The notes under the pieces: model-generated
Seen by the model: only the letters and a program-made list of their open reading frames with translations
Told to the model about the DNA's origin: nothing
Database searches by the model: none
In this document: piece by piece, positions 1-9,834 of the stretch
How the letters are laid out: every line of letters begins with the position of its first letter
Position numbering within the stretch: position 1 is the first letter of the stretch
Source: Vicinamibacteria bacterium
GTDB taxonomy: Bacteria; Acidobacteriota; Vicinamibacteria; Marinacidobacterales; Marinacidobacteraceae
DNA: 64,000 nt
Direction of reading: 5' to 3'
NCBI GenBank assembly: GCA_963668695.2
Contig: CAXXLQ010000004.1
Location: 1,984,001 to 2,048,000 of the forward strand
Translations under genes and position numbers: made by a program

Positions 1-108
1 CACCGCCCCGTCCCGTGCCGGGCCTCGCCACTGCGGCCAGTCCTGGGCGGCGGCGAGAGCCGGGAGCAGTGCGGCCAGCGCTGCTGCTCGGGAGAGCCTT
101 ATCCTCAT
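1..108 (-). CDS. PQQ-binding-like beta-propeller secreted protein, N-terminal fragment (runs off window start)
   Basis: Manual translation from ATG at 108: MRIRLSRAAALAALLPALAAAQDWPQWRGPARDGAV; signal peptide followed by the DWPQWRGPxxDG motif. Confidence 0.75.
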   Translation of the reverse strand, partial: MRIRLSRAAALAALLPALAAAQDWPQWRGPARDGAV

Positions 109-196
109 GCCGTTTCCTCCGGATCGAGCGCCTTCCGGCGCGGCGGGTATTGTCCCATCCGGGGAATACGGCGCCGCCGACAGGAGAACCTCGCTG

Positions 197-1792
197 ATGC
201 CTTTTCGGAACCGCTGGACCGGGCTCCTGCCCGCCATCGTCCTTGCTTTATCGGCCGCCGCCTGCGGCGACGGCCCCCATGACCTTCTCATTCGGGGTGG
301 CACGGTCCACGACGGCAGCGGCGCCGATCCCTACATCGCCGACATCGCGGTCACGGACGACCGGATCACCTTCATGGGCGACGCCGATGCCGAAGGCGTG
401 ACGGCCGAGGAAAACGTGGAGGCCGAGGGACTCATCGTGGCGCCGGGATTCATCGACATGCATTCGCATTCCCAGATCGGGCAGGAGTGGGCAAAGGAGG
501 CGCTGCCGTTCCTCTATCAGGGAATTACGACCGTCGTCGTCGGCGCCGACGGCGGCGGGTCGCCTGACGTGAGCGACACCCTCGCCGGCTGGGAGGCGAG
601 CGGAATCGGGGTGAACGCCCTCACCTATGTGGGTCACGGCGCGGTGCGGCGCCGGGTGCTCGGCGAGGAGAACCGCGCCCCCACCGACGACGAACTCGAC
701 CGCATGCGGGGGCTCGTGCGGAAGGGTCTCGAAGAAGGCGCCTTCGGGCTGTCCAGCGGTCTCTTCTACATACCGGGGAACTACGCGACCACGGAAGAGG
801 TGATCGAGCTGGCGCGGGTGGCGGCTGAGTACAAGCCCGCCATCTACGACACCCACGACCGTGATCTCGGAGCCGCTTACCCGAGCTTCGGCTACCTGGC
901 CTCCATCGAAGAAGCCATCCGCATCGGTGAGGAGTCCGGGACCAAGGTCATCTTCAGCCACTTCAACGCGCAGGGGGCCGCCAACTACGGCCGGGCCCCG
1001 GAGGGCGCCGCGCTGATCGAGGCGGCCCGCGAACGCGGGGTGCCGGTCTTCGGGGCGCAACACGTTTACACCGCCACGCAGTCGAGCCTCCGGGCCTACA
1101 CCGTTCCCCGCTGGGCCTCGGCGGGGGGACGCGACACCATGCTCGACCGCTTCGACGATTCCGACACCGCTCGTGTCCTCGACGAGGCGACCGCCGAGAT
1201 GCTGGCCATCCGGGGCGGTGCCGAGAAGATCCGGTTCTCCGACGCGCGTCCGCACCTGAACGGGCGGACCCTCGCGGAGGTCGCCGAGGAATGGGGAGTG
1301 CCTGCTCCGGAAGCGGCGCGGCGGATCCTGAGCGAAGGGAACGCCTCGGTGATGAACATCGGCCTCTACGACCCGGTGAACACCGGCTACCTCGCCGAGC
1401 AGGATTGGATGATGACCTGTACCGACGGCCGCGACATCGAGCCCGATATCCCCGTCGGCCACCCGCGCGTGTACGGCGCCTTCACCAAGAAACTTCGCGA
1501 CTTTGTCCTCGACGAGCCGCGGATCTCCATGCCGTTCGCCATCCGCAGCATGAGCGGCCTCGCCGCCGAGTTCCTCGACCTCGACGATCGCGGCTTCCTG
1601 CGGGAGGAGATGAAGGCGGACATCGTCATCCTCGATCCGGAGCGGATCCGGGACCGGGCCACCTACGACGAACCCCACCAGTACTCGGAGGGGACTGTGC
1701 ACGTGCTGGTGAACGGCCAGTTCGCGGTCCGGGACGGCGCCCACACCGGCGTTCTCGCCGGGCGAGCCCTGCGGCCGAGTCCCGGTGGCTGA
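197..1792 (+). CDS. N-acyl-D-amino-acid deacylase (D-aminoacylase) family amidohydrolase, lipoprotein
   Basis: PGFIDMHSH metal motif, GHPRVYGAF, ADIVILDP; lipobox LSAAAC; AGGAGA RBS before ATG 197. Confidence 0.88.
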   Translation: MPFRNRWTGLLPAIVLALSAAACGDGPHDLLIRGGTVHDGSGADPYIADIAVTDDRITFMGDADAEGVTAEENVEAEGLIVAPGFIDMHSHSQIGQEWAKEALPFLYQGITTVVVGADGGGSPDVSDTLAGWEASGIGVNALTYVGHGAVRRRVLGEENRAPTDDELDRMRGLVRKGLEEGAFGLSSGLFYIPGNYATTEEVIELARVAAEYKPAIYDTHDRDLGAAYPSFGYLASIEEAIRIGEESGTKVIFSHFNAQGAANYGRAPEGAALIEAARERGVPVFGAQHVYTATQSSLRAYTVPRWASAGGRDTMLDRFDDSDTARVLDEATAEMLAIRGGAEKIRFSDARPHLNGRTLAEVAEEWGVPAPEAARRILSEGNASVMNIGLYDPVNTGYLAEQDWMMTCTDGRDIEPDIPVGHPRVYGAFTKKLRDFVLDEPRISMPFAIRSMSGLAAEFLDLDDRGFLREEMKADIVILDPERIRDRATYDEPHQYSEGTVHVLVNGQFAVRDGAHTGVLAGRALRPSPGG

Positions 1793-1856
1793 GGGGCCGG
1801 CGCCGGTGGTGTTTGCCCGTCTGACAGAATCCCGCCTCCATCAGGAGGATCCATCC

Positions 1857-2336
1857 ATGCGCTTTTCGCGGTTCCCCGCCATTCTTGCCACTCTTTCGCT
1901 GGGGCTCGGTCTCGTAGCCTGCGCCGCCGCCCAGGACGATTCCAACCCGCGCTTCGGGATCTGGAGGCTGCGCTCCGACAACCCGCCGCCCTACCAGAAC
2001 ATCATGACCTACGCCCCCCATGGCGACGGGGGCATGAGCATCACCGTGGCCACCACGAACGCCGAGGGCAACGAGTCGGTGTGGGGCTACGCGACGATGT
2101 TCGATGGCGTCTTTCGCCCCGTGGAGGGACTCGAAAACTCCGAGACGGCTGTCGAGGTCGTTGACGAGCAAAGCACCCGGATCTCCAACATGCGCAGCGG
2201 CACCGTGTACCAGGTGATCATCAACACCCTCTCCGACGACGGCAACCGCATCGACAACGAATACGTCCGGATGGACGCCGAGGGAAAGATCACCCGCGTC
2301 ACCCACGCGATCTACGACCGCGTCCAGGAGGAGTGA
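1857..2336 (+). CDS. Secreted hypothetical protein (beta-barrel/lipocalin-like)
   Basis: AGGAGG RBS, signal peptide, FGIWRL motif near the mature N-terminus. Confidence 0.7.
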   Translation: MRFSRFPAILATLSLGLGLVACAAAQDDSNPRFGIWRLRSDNPPPYQNIMTYAPHGDGGMSITVATTNAEGNESVWGYATMFDGVFRPVEGLENSETAVEVVDEQSTRISNMRSGTVYQVIINTLSDDGNRIDNEYVRMDAEGKITRVTHAIYDRVQEE

Positions 2337-2338
2337 CC

Positions 2339-2725
2339 GTGGCTGGGGGGAACCTCACCTGGCGGTACCACCGCCCCGGCTGAACGAGCTGCAAGCGGAC
2401 GCAGGAGTTCCTTGCGCAAAAGGGCATTGCCGACGGCGCAGTTCAAAACGCCAACAAGTCCCCGATCCTGGGCGACCAGTCCCTCGCGCTCCTCGAGGGT
2501 GTGAGCGAGCTTCTGGTCGCGAAGGGCCGGAAGGTGGAGCGCTTCGACCTCACGGGCGACCGCCCGGATGACGCGGTGCTGACCGGCGCCATCGTCGGCA
2601 GCTACACGAGCCTGACCGACCTGCTGCTCGGCCGCTCGGGCAAGCTACGCGCCCCCACCATGCGGGTCGGGGACCGGCTGGTCGTCGGTTACAACCAGGC
2701 GCTGCTGGAGCAGGTTTTCGCATAG
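2339..2725 (+). CDS. ArsC/glutaredoxin-like selenoprotein (UxxC; in-frame TGA at 2381-2383)
   Basis: AGGAGG RBS, GTG 2339, MAGGNLTWRYHRPG-U-TSCKRTQEFL continuing in frame into ORF 2501-2725 with LRAPT...VGYN. Confidence 0.82.
2381..2410 (+). promoter_or_regulatory. Candidate bacterial SECIS hairpin
   Basis: GAAC/GTTC and CTGC/GCAG stems with loop AAGCGGAC, starting at the UGA. Confidence 0.55.
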
Positions 2726-2770
2726 CCGGACTGGCCGCTCGGCGTCTGACGCGCGTACTGCCGCTCGAAG

Positions 2771-3196
2771 ATGAGCTTCGTTGAAGCGGTTAGCACCTGT
2801 CTTTTCCGGAAGTACTTCGAGTTCCGGGGACGGGCGTCCCGGGCCGAGTACTGGTGGTTTGTGGTCTTTGGCGTATCCGTGAATGTGGCCGCCGCCGTGG
2901 CCGGGATCCGACCTCTCTCGTACCTGGTGACCGCCCTATTGGTCGTGCCTCAGATGGCGGTAACGGTGCGGAGGCTCCACGACACGAATCGGTCCGGATG
3001 GTGGATTCTGCTCTACGTAGCTGGTTGGATTCCCGGGGTCGGATTCTGGGTCGGCTTGATGCCGGGCTTGGTTATGTTGTGGTTCATGATCCAGAAGGGC
3101 GACGCCTCCGACAACCGGTACGGACCCAACCCCGCTCCGGACGCCGTGCTCGGCCTTTCCGGGCCTGGCGTTCCGCCCTCACGGAACCGGGACTGA
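2771..3196 (+). CDS. DUF805 (YhaH-like) membrane protein
   Basis: FRGRASRAEYWWF, VRRLHDTNRSGWW and NRYGP motifs. Confidence 0.92.
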   Translation: MSFVEAVSTCLFRKYFEFRGRASRAEYWWFVVFGVSVNVAAAVAGIRPLSYLVTALLVVPQMAVTVRRLHDTNRSGWWILLYVAGWIPGVGFWVGLMPGLVMLWFMIQKGDASDNRYGPNPAPDAVLGLSGPGVPPSRNRD

Positions 3197-3226
3197 ACCA
3201 GCAGGGTCCGTGCCCGCCGGCCAGGA

Positions 3227-3613
3227 TCAGGTGAGCGGCTGCCAGAGACCGATGATGTTGCCCTCCGGGTCCTTGACCTGGGCATAGATCCCCATGTTCG
3301 GGATCTCCGTTGGGCCCATCAAGCGTTCCCCGCCGGCTGCCTCGACGTCGCCGACGCGTTGTTCGCACGAGGGCACTTCGATCACCAGGACCGGAGACCC
3401 ACTGCCTCCTCCGTCACCACGGGGAACCATCCCTCCGTTGATGCCGCCGGGCGTCGTCGGATTCCCCTGTTCGTCCGCCGGGGTCGTGACCACGAAGGTG
3501 TAGGGCATATCTCCGGGCACATCGGAGATATGCCAACCGAACACCTCCTGATAGAACGCCGTCGCGCGCGACTTGTCGCTGAAAGGGATCTCGAAGTGGC
3601 AGACGCGGTCCAT
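3227..3613 (-). CDS. VOC/glyoxalase family protein
   Basis: VCHFEIP...FYQEVFGW...INGGM...DPEGNIIGLWQ. Confidence 0.9.
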   Translation of the reverse strand: MDRVCHFEIPFSDKSRATAFYQEVFGWHISDVPGDMPYTFVVTTPADEQGNPTTPGGINGGMVPRGDGGGSGSPVLVIEVPSCEQRVGDVEAAGGERLMGPTEIPNMGIYAQVKDPEGNIIGLWQPLT

Positions 3614-3788
3614 GAAAGCTCTTCCTTGGGAGTAGGGAAAGGGTGTTGAATCAGCCGAACGATCCGGCTGCGGCTGTTGTTCCACGGCACCCAACGCTAA
3701 CTGGCTGCGAGGACCGGCGGCCCCTCATCGACCGGGGTTGTGAAGTCCCGCCCGAAACTCCACACTAATTCGGCTCAGGAGGAATCCC

Positions 3789-5849
3789 ATGAGAACTCTT
3801 CGCATCGCGCTTGCCGCGCTCCTGCTTGCCGGCGCCGCCTCCGCCCAGGAGACCGCGGGCGACGGCACGCTCACCGCGTCCCACATCCTGGACTGGGAAC
3901 GGGTGAGCGGCCCGGCCATCTCACCCGATGGCTCCGTCGTCATCTACACCCGCAGCCACGTGGACCAGGCGAAGGACCGCTGGGCCCCCGAGCTCTGGAT
4001 CGTGAACGCCGACGGCAGCCGGAACCGCTTCCTCACCAAGGGCTCGGGCCCCATGTGGTCGCCGGACGGGACGCGAATCGCCTTCCTGGCCGCGGTAGGG
4101 GACGGCGGGCCTCAGATCTTCGTCCGCTGGATGGACGCCGAGGGCGCCACCTCGCAGATCACCCGGGACGCTCCCACCCCGCGCGACATCCACTGGTCGC
4201 CGGACTCCGGGCTCATTGCCTTCACCCGGATGGAGGCCGCTCCCGAGGACTGGGACCTCCCCTCGATGCCGAGCGCCCCGGACGGCGCCAAGTGGACGAA
4301 GACGCCGCGGATCGTCCGGAAGATGCACTTCCGGCAGGACCGGGTGGGATTCCTCGAGGAAGGCTACCGGCACCTCTTCGTCGTTCCGGCTGACGGCGGG
4401 GCGGCGCGCCAGCTCACCGAAGGCGCTTGGCACGTGGGTTCGCGGGGCGCGGTCGGGCTTGACTACGGGGCGGGTCTCGACTGGACCCCGGACGGCAGGG
4501 GACTGGTCTTCGACGCCTCTCGCGAGGAGGACGCCGACCTCCGCTATCGGGAGTCGCACATTCACTACGTGGATATCGAGAGCGGCGCCATCCGCCAGAT
4601 CACCGAGAAACGCGGCCCGTGGGCGGGTCCCGTGATGTCTCCCGACGGCAAGCACGTCGCCTTCGGTGGCTTCGACTGGACGGAGCAGACTTACAAGGTC
4701 AGCGACTTACAGGTGATCGGGTTCGACGGCTCGGCGATGCGCTCCCTCTCGGCGAGCCTCGACCGGGACGCCAACAACCCGATCTGGTCGCCCGACAGCG
4801 ACCGGATCTTCTTCACCGCCGACGACCGCGGCTCGCGGAACCTCCACGTGGCCTCGCTCGACGGAGCGACCAGCCCGGTGACCGAGGGCACCCATCTGCT
4901 CACCGTGAACACCATCTCGGCGACCGGGGTCGCCGCGGCCACCCGGACCTCTTTCCACGAGCCCGCCGACGTCGTGGTGTTCCCGGTTTCCGACCCGACC
5001 CGGACCACGAAGGTCACCGCGGTGAACGACGATGTGCTCGCCGGGATCGAACTCGGCGAGGTGGAGGAACTCTGGTACGACTCCACCGACGGGACCCGGG
5101 CGCAGGGCTGGGTCGTCAAACCGCCCGGTTTCGACCCCTCCCAGGAGTACCCGATGGTGCTCCACATCCACGGGGGGCCCCACGGGATGTACAACGTCGG
5201 CTTCAACAACTCCTTCCAGAACTTCGCCGCGAACGGGTATCTCCTGCTCTACACGAACCCCCGCGGGAGCACCGGCTACGGGACCGATTTCGGCAACGCG
5301 ATCGACAACGGCTACCCGAGCGTGGACTACGACGACCTGATGGCCGGGGTGGACGCGACGATCGAGCGCGGCTACGTGGACGAGACCCGGATGTACGTCA
5401 CCGGATGCAGCGGGGGCGGGGTTTTGTCATCGTGGGTGATCGGCCAGACGAACCGCTTCGCCGCCGCCGCGGTGCGCTGCCCCGTGGTGAACTGGATGAG
5501 CTTCGCCGGCACCGCGGACATCGTGCGATGGGGTTACAACCGCTACCACGGCTTCCCGTGGGACAACGCCGAGAAGTATCTGGAGCACTCGCCGCTGATG
5601 TACGTGGGCCGGGTCACCACCCCGACGCTGCTGATGACCGGGGAACTCGATCTGCGCACCCCGATGAGCCAGACCGAGGAGTACTACCAGGCGCTCAAGG
5701 CGCTGGACGTGCCGGCCGAGATGGTGCGCTTCTACGACGAGTACCACGGAACCAGTTCCCAGCCCTCGAACTTCATCCGCACCCAGCTCTACATGCTCGA
5801 CTGGTTCTCGCGCTACACGCGCGATCCGGCCCGGGAGACGGATCCATGA
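3789..5849 (+). CDS. Secreted S9 family peptidase (acylaminoacyl/dipeptidyl peptidase)
   Basis: WSPDG propeller repeats, HGGPH, GCSGGG nucleophile, DLRTP, EYHG; signal peptide. Confidence 0.93.
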   Translation: MRTLRIALAALLLAGAASAQETAGDGTLTASHILDWERVSGPAISPDGSVVIYTRSHVDQAKDRWAPELWIVNADGSRNRFLTKGSGPMWSPDGTRIAFLAAVGDGGPQIFVRWMDAEGATSQITRDAPTPRDIHWSPDSGLIAFTRMEAAPEDWDLPSMPSAPDGAKWTKTPRIVRKMHFRQDRVGFLEEGYRHLFVVPADGGAARQLTEGAWHVGSRGAVGLDYGAGLDWTPDGRGLVFDASREEDADLRYRESHIHYVDIESGAIRQITEKRGPWAGPVMSPDGKHVAFGGFDWTEQTYKVSDLQVIGFDGSAMRSLSASLDRDANNPIWSPDSDRIFFTADDRGSRNLHVASLDGATSPVTEGTHLLTVNTISATGVAAATRTSFHEPADVVVFPVSDPTRTTKVTAVNDDVLAGIELGEVEELWYDSTDGTRAQGWVVKPPGFDPSQEYPMVLHIHGGPHGMYNVGFNNSFQNFAANGYLLLYTNPRGSTGYGTDFGNAIDNGYPSVDYDDLMAGVDATIERGYVDETRMYVTGCSGGGVLSSWVIGQTNRFAAAAVRCPVVNWMSFAGTADIVRWGYNRYHGFPWDNAEKYLEHSPLMYVGRVTTPTLLMTGELDLRTPMSQTEEYYQALKALDVPAEMVRFYDEYHGTSSQPSNFIRTQLYMLDWFSRYTRDPARETDP

Positions 5850-6319
5850 CCCCCACCCGAATTTCACGCCGCGCCGCCTTCGGCCTCTTCTCCCTCCTGA
5901 CCGCGGGACTCGGTCTTGCCGCCGGCTTTGCGCTGGGCCGTTCCACACCTTCTGTCCAGGGCGGCGATCTCGGCACGTTCGTCAGCACCAGCGGCACCGA
6001 GATCGAGTTGCTGCTGTCGGCATCCAACCTCGGCGGAAGCGAGATCCAGATCGGCGAGATCACCTTCCCGCCGGGCGCGAACTCCGGGGGCCACCTCCAC
6101 GGCGCGACTGAGGTCTTCTACGTGCTGGAAGGGGAACTCGAGCACGTGGTGGACGGGGTCTCCCAGATCCTGGGTCCCGGCGATCTCGGCTTCGTTCGTC
6201 CGCCGTCCGAGGTGAACCACATCACCTCGCCGGACGGAGGGCCGGTCCGAGCCCTCGTGATCTGGGCGCCCGGCGGCGAGGGGACCCGCATCGTGGGACC
6301 CTGGCGGCGTAGCGAGTAG
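5846..6319 (+). CDS. Exported cupin domain protein
   Basis: ATGA overlap with the S9 stop; HLHGATEVFYVLEGE and PSEVNH cupin motifs; SRRAAF leader. Confidence 0.85.
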   Translation: MTPTRISRRAAFGLFSLLTAGLGLAAGFALGRSTPSVQGGDLGTFVSTSGTEIELLLSASNLGGSEIQIGEITFPPGANSGGHLHGATEVFYVLEGELEHVVDGVSQILGPGDLGFVRPPSEVNHITSPDGGPVRALVIWAPGGEGTRIVGPWRRSE

Positions 6320-6434
6320 CTCATCGCCCGCCGGCTTCCGGCGAACCGAAGCGCCTCCGGCTTCGTAAGAGGTAGGAAACCTCGGGGTTTGGTGCGCCTC
6401 CTTCCGCCTCCACCCCGAGGCCGGAGGGGAGAGG

Positions 6435-6635
6435 AACCGCCTATGAACAAGGTCACGCGGCGTTCGGCCGGCGATGCATCCCGGCTGAACCGCGACGCTT
6501 CACGTCGCTCATCGTTGCGCTTCGGTCGAAATACATCAGGTATTCCTCCCTCGCGCGCCTTGTCAACCGGACCCCCACCGGGAGAACTGGGCCTCACCGG
6601 CCTCGGCACTCACGCGACCTCGTCCATAGGCGGTT
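6435..6635. mobile_element. MITE copy 1
   Basis: Terminal inverted repeat AACCGCCTATG...CATAGGCGGTT; core shared with the other copies, in reverse orientation. Confidence 0.8.
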
Positions 6636-6639
6636 ACCC

Positions 6640-8520
6640 ATGACCCGGAGTATCCGAGTCCGTTTTTCCAGGAAATCCCGGGGCGGAGCGCCCCCTGGCG
6701 ATGCGGAGGATCCCGCCGAGGCGTCCGGGGCGGAGCTCGGCGACGCGTTCCAGGAATTCGATCCTTTCCCCGAAGGCGCTCCCATTCTTCCGGACCCGTC
6801 CCTCACCGCCGCCGAAAGAGCCGAAGCGGAGGAGGAGGCGTCCCAGGGCATCCCCACCTCCGCGGCCAGCGCCCCCTCGCCCGGCGAGCGGCGGGTGGAG
6901 GGCCGGTTCCAGGAAGCGATGGCGCGGGCCCGCAGCCGCGCGGAAGAGGCGCTCGCCCGGTCACGCGCGGCGCAGCGCGAGGCGCGGACCCGGGCCATCC
7001 GGGTCGAGGCCGGGGCTGCCCGCGAACGGGACCGCGCCCTCTCCCTCGCCGACGTTCAGGCCGCCTGTCAGCGGATCGACACTCGGCACCTCAACGCGCA
7101 GACCGCCGCGAAGGAACTCGCCGGCTTCCGCCGGGAGCGCGGGATTCCCGACTACGTCACGCCCCGGCCCTCCACCCGGGGCTGGGTGTGGCTCCTGATT
7201 GCGGTTGCCGCCGTCGAAACGACCGCAAACGGACTGCTGCTGCACGCGGCGTCCACCGAGGGGGTCGTATCGAACTGGCTCTTTGCCGCCCTGGTTACGG
7301 CGATGAATGTCGGCCTCCTCGGGTGGCTCGTGGGGGACCTGATCTTCCGCCGGATGCTCGGCGCCGGAGCCCTCCGGCGGTGGCTGCTGGCCGGAAGCCT
7401 CGTGCCCTGTCTGTTCCTCGCCGGGCTGCTTCACTTCGGCTTCGCGCACTACCGGGACGCGGTCTCGGCGCTCGACGCCTCCCAGGCCGCCGCCATCCTC
7501 GATCTGGACGATATCGACGCCACGGCGGACGAAGCGGGCGCCGGGACCGATCCGCATCCGCCGCCGCCTCTGAGTGTGGAAGAGGCGGTCACCGGCGAAC
7601 TGCGGGCCCAGTTCTTCTGGTGGCGGCCGGGTGCGAGCGTCGTGGATCACCCTGCCGATCTGCCGGCGGACGACCATTCGGCGGATGCCGTCAGGCAACT
7701 TGCCGCCGGGAGCGTCGGGTATCGGGCGGAAAACGGGGCTCTGGTGATGGTCGAGGATCCGTTCGCGGGGAGATTCGAGGGGTGGCGCTCGATGCTCCTG
7801 CTCGGAGTCGGCTTCACCGCCTTGCTGCTCGCGGCGTGGAAGTGGTTCGGCGGTCGGGAACCGATTCCCCACTTCGCCCGCCTGCACGGAGCGCGGGAAG
7901 AGACCGCTCGCGCGCTACCGGAGGAATACGAGCGATCCCTGGGCAAACTGAGCGACGAGGAGCGGCGCCACCGGCAGCGGCTCGGCGATGGGGAGTCGGA
8001 GATCCTGGCGCTCGGTAGCCGCCTCGCGGGCCTGGACGCCGCCAGGCGGCGGACGCTCGTTCGCGAGTCGGAGCTCCTGGAGCTCATCGCCGCCGCCGGA
8101 GCGAGCGCCATCGAGGACTTCCGGGAGCTGGGCCGGCAGCGGCGCCTCTCGAGCGATCCGTTCCCGGCGTTTTGGAGTTCGCCCTGGGCGCCGGCGTCTT
8201 CGCGCCGCGACGAGGAGGAAGAGTCCCGCTGGGCGGGGGATCAGGAACGGGCGCTGTTCGAGGTCATGGAGACCGCGGAACGGGTCCGCCTCGCGAACGC
8301 CGCCCATGTCGGCCGGGTGGCGCAGGCGTTTGCGGAGGCGCGGGAACGGCTCGCTCAGGCGGCGCGGATTCCGGGGGCGCGCCGGCGTCCTCCGGGCCCT
8401 CCCGGCGGCGGGCCGCCTTCTCCCCCGGGCGGGAAGCCTTTGCCCCCGGGCGCGGGGGATGTCCGCCTCGTGCCCAGTCAGGCGGGAGAATCCGACCGCC
8501 GCCTGGAGATCGCGTCCTGA
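6640..8520 (+). CDS. Uncharacterised membrane protein (about 4 TM) with helical/coiled-coil flanks
   Basis: Three hydrophobic segments ending in AHYRDA, a fourth later, long charged helical regions. Confidence 0.7.
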   Translation: MTRSIRVRFSRKSRGGAPPGDAEDPAEASGAELGDAFQEFDPFPEGAPILPDPSLTAAERAEAEEEASQGIPTSAASAPSPGERRVEGRFQEAMARARSRAEEALARSRAAQREARTRAIRVEAGAARERDRALSLADVQAACQRIDTRHLNAQTAAKELAGFRRERGIPDYVTPRPSTRGWVWLLIAVAAVETTANGLLLHAASTEGVVSNWLFAALVTAMNVGLLGWLVGDLIFRRMLGAGALRRWLLAGSLVPCLFLAGLLHFGFAHYRDAVSALDASQAAAILDLDDIDATADEAGAGTDPHPPPPLSVEEAVTGELRAQFFWWRPGASVVDHPADLPADDHSADAVRQLAAGSVGYRAENGALVMVEDPFAGRFEGWRSMLLLGVGFTALLLAAWKWFGGREPIPHFARLHGAREETARALPEEYERSLGKLSDEERRHRQRLGDGESEILALGSRLAGLDAARRRTLVRESELLELIAAAGASAIEDFRELGRQRRLSSDPFPAFWSSPWAPASSRRDEEEESRWAGDQERALFEVMETAERVRLANAAHVGRVAQAFAEARERLAQAARIPGARRRPPGPPGGGPPSPPGGKPLPPGAGDVRLVPSQAGESDRRLEIAS

Positions 8521-9287
8521 ACCGTCAGGGCCTGGCCGTTTTCCTCGCGGCAACGATTCTGCCCGGGATCCTGCCCGGGCTGTCGGGTTGCGGCGGGGAG
8601 GGGAACCCATGCACCGATTGGCCGACCGGGTTGCCCCCCCAGACGGTCGTCGTGGTGATGGACGCCACCGACGGTCTTTCCCGTCCCCAGCGGGAGGACA
8701 TGTGGAGCCGGATTCGTCCGGTCGCGGAACGGGCGCCCGCCGGCTCGGTGTTCCACCTCTTCGAGGTCCGCTCGGACGCGCCCGGTGGCGTTCGGGAACT
8801 GGGGGTGGTTCGTCGGCCCCCGCATCCTTGCGAGGTCAACCACTGGTCCGACAACCCCGACCAGCGGGCCGCGCAATGGGGGCCGCGCTACCTGCGCCCG
8901 CTGCGCGACGCACTGGGGGCGATGTCCCGGGCGGCCCCGAGCGACTCCTCGGCCATCCTCCAGGCACTACAGGCCGCCGCGCGCGCCTTCGGCGAATCCC
9001 CGGAGTCCGAAGGACGGCTCATCCTGGTCTCCGATCTCCTGCAGAACGTGGGCGTGGACTTCTACCGGGGGGTCCCCGACTTCGGCCGGTTCCGCGACAG
9101 CGCCCTCTATCGCGAGGTACGCACCCGGTGGTTCGCCGGGGTCCGGCCCACCGTGCTCCAGCTTCCTCCGCGCCGCGAGGGGTCAGTGAATGAAGAGGCG
9201 TTGCGTCGCTTCTGGGCCGCGTACTTCACCGACCAGGGAATGCTGGATGTGGAGACCGCCTTCCTCCCCGTAGAAGGTGCGCGCTAG
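8517..9287 (+). CDS. vWA-like lipoprotein (start uncertain)
   Basis: Lipobox LSGC; VVVVMDATD and LILVSDLLQN MIDAS-like strands; putative CTG start after GGAG overlapping the upstream stop. Confidence 0.6.
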   Translation: MNRQGLAVFLAATILPGILPGLSGCGGEGNPCTDWPTGLPPQTVVVVMDATDGLSRPQREDMWSRIRPVAERAPAGSVFHLFEVRSDAPGGVRELGVVRRPPHPCEVNHWSDNPDQRAAQWGPRYLRPLRDALGAMSRAAPSDSSAILQALQAAARAFGESPESEGRLILVSDLLQNVGVDFYRGVPDFGRFRDSALYREVRTRWFAGVRPTVLQLPPRREGSVNEEALRRFWAAYFTDQGMLDVETAFLPVEGAR

Positions 9288-9298
9288 GGGAGTGGCCA

Positions 9299-9528
9299 GG
9301 AGCGCCGGCCAGTTCTCCCGGTGGGGGCCTCCAGACCGGCATCGCGGCCGCAGGCCGCGAGACTCCCACCGCTACCTTGGCCCATAGCTGGGACCCCATA
9401 CGAGGACGGCGAAACGCCCCTTGGGTTCGTATCCGCCATCCCCATTGTCCGCAGCGACATGCGGGGAATGAAGTACGGGAGTTTCACTCCCCTGCGGGGA
9501 GCGATGCCGGTGTGAACACCGGCGCTCC
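9299..9528. repeat. Inverted pair of REP-like hairpins (REPIN-like)
   Basis: GGAGCGCCGG...ACCGGCATCGC and the inverted GCGATGCCGGTGTGAACACCGGCGCTCC. Confidence 0.7.
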
Positions 9529-9529
9529 T

Positions 9530-9767
9530 AACAGCCTGTGGTGAAACCCGGGTGAGCGCCGAGGTTGGCCAGTTCTCCCGGTGGGGGCGAGGCCCAGTTC
9601 TCCCGGTGGGGCCAGTCCTCCCGGTGGGGGCCCGGCTGACAAGGCGCGTGAGGGAGGAATACCTGGTGTATTTCGACCGAAACGCAACGCAGAACGGAGC
9701 GAAGCGGAGTGGTTCAGCCGGGATGGATCGCCAGCCGAACGCCGCTTGGGTTTTACCACAGGCTGTT
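9530..9767. mobile_element. MITE copy 2
   Basis: TIR AACAGCCTGTGGTGAAACCC...GGGTTTTACCACAGGCTGTT. Confidence 0.85.
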
Positions 9768-9834
9768 AACTAGCGACAGCGGAAGCGCGTATTCCCAACC
9801 ACCGTCACATCGCCGGGCAGGCCAGCGCCGCCCC

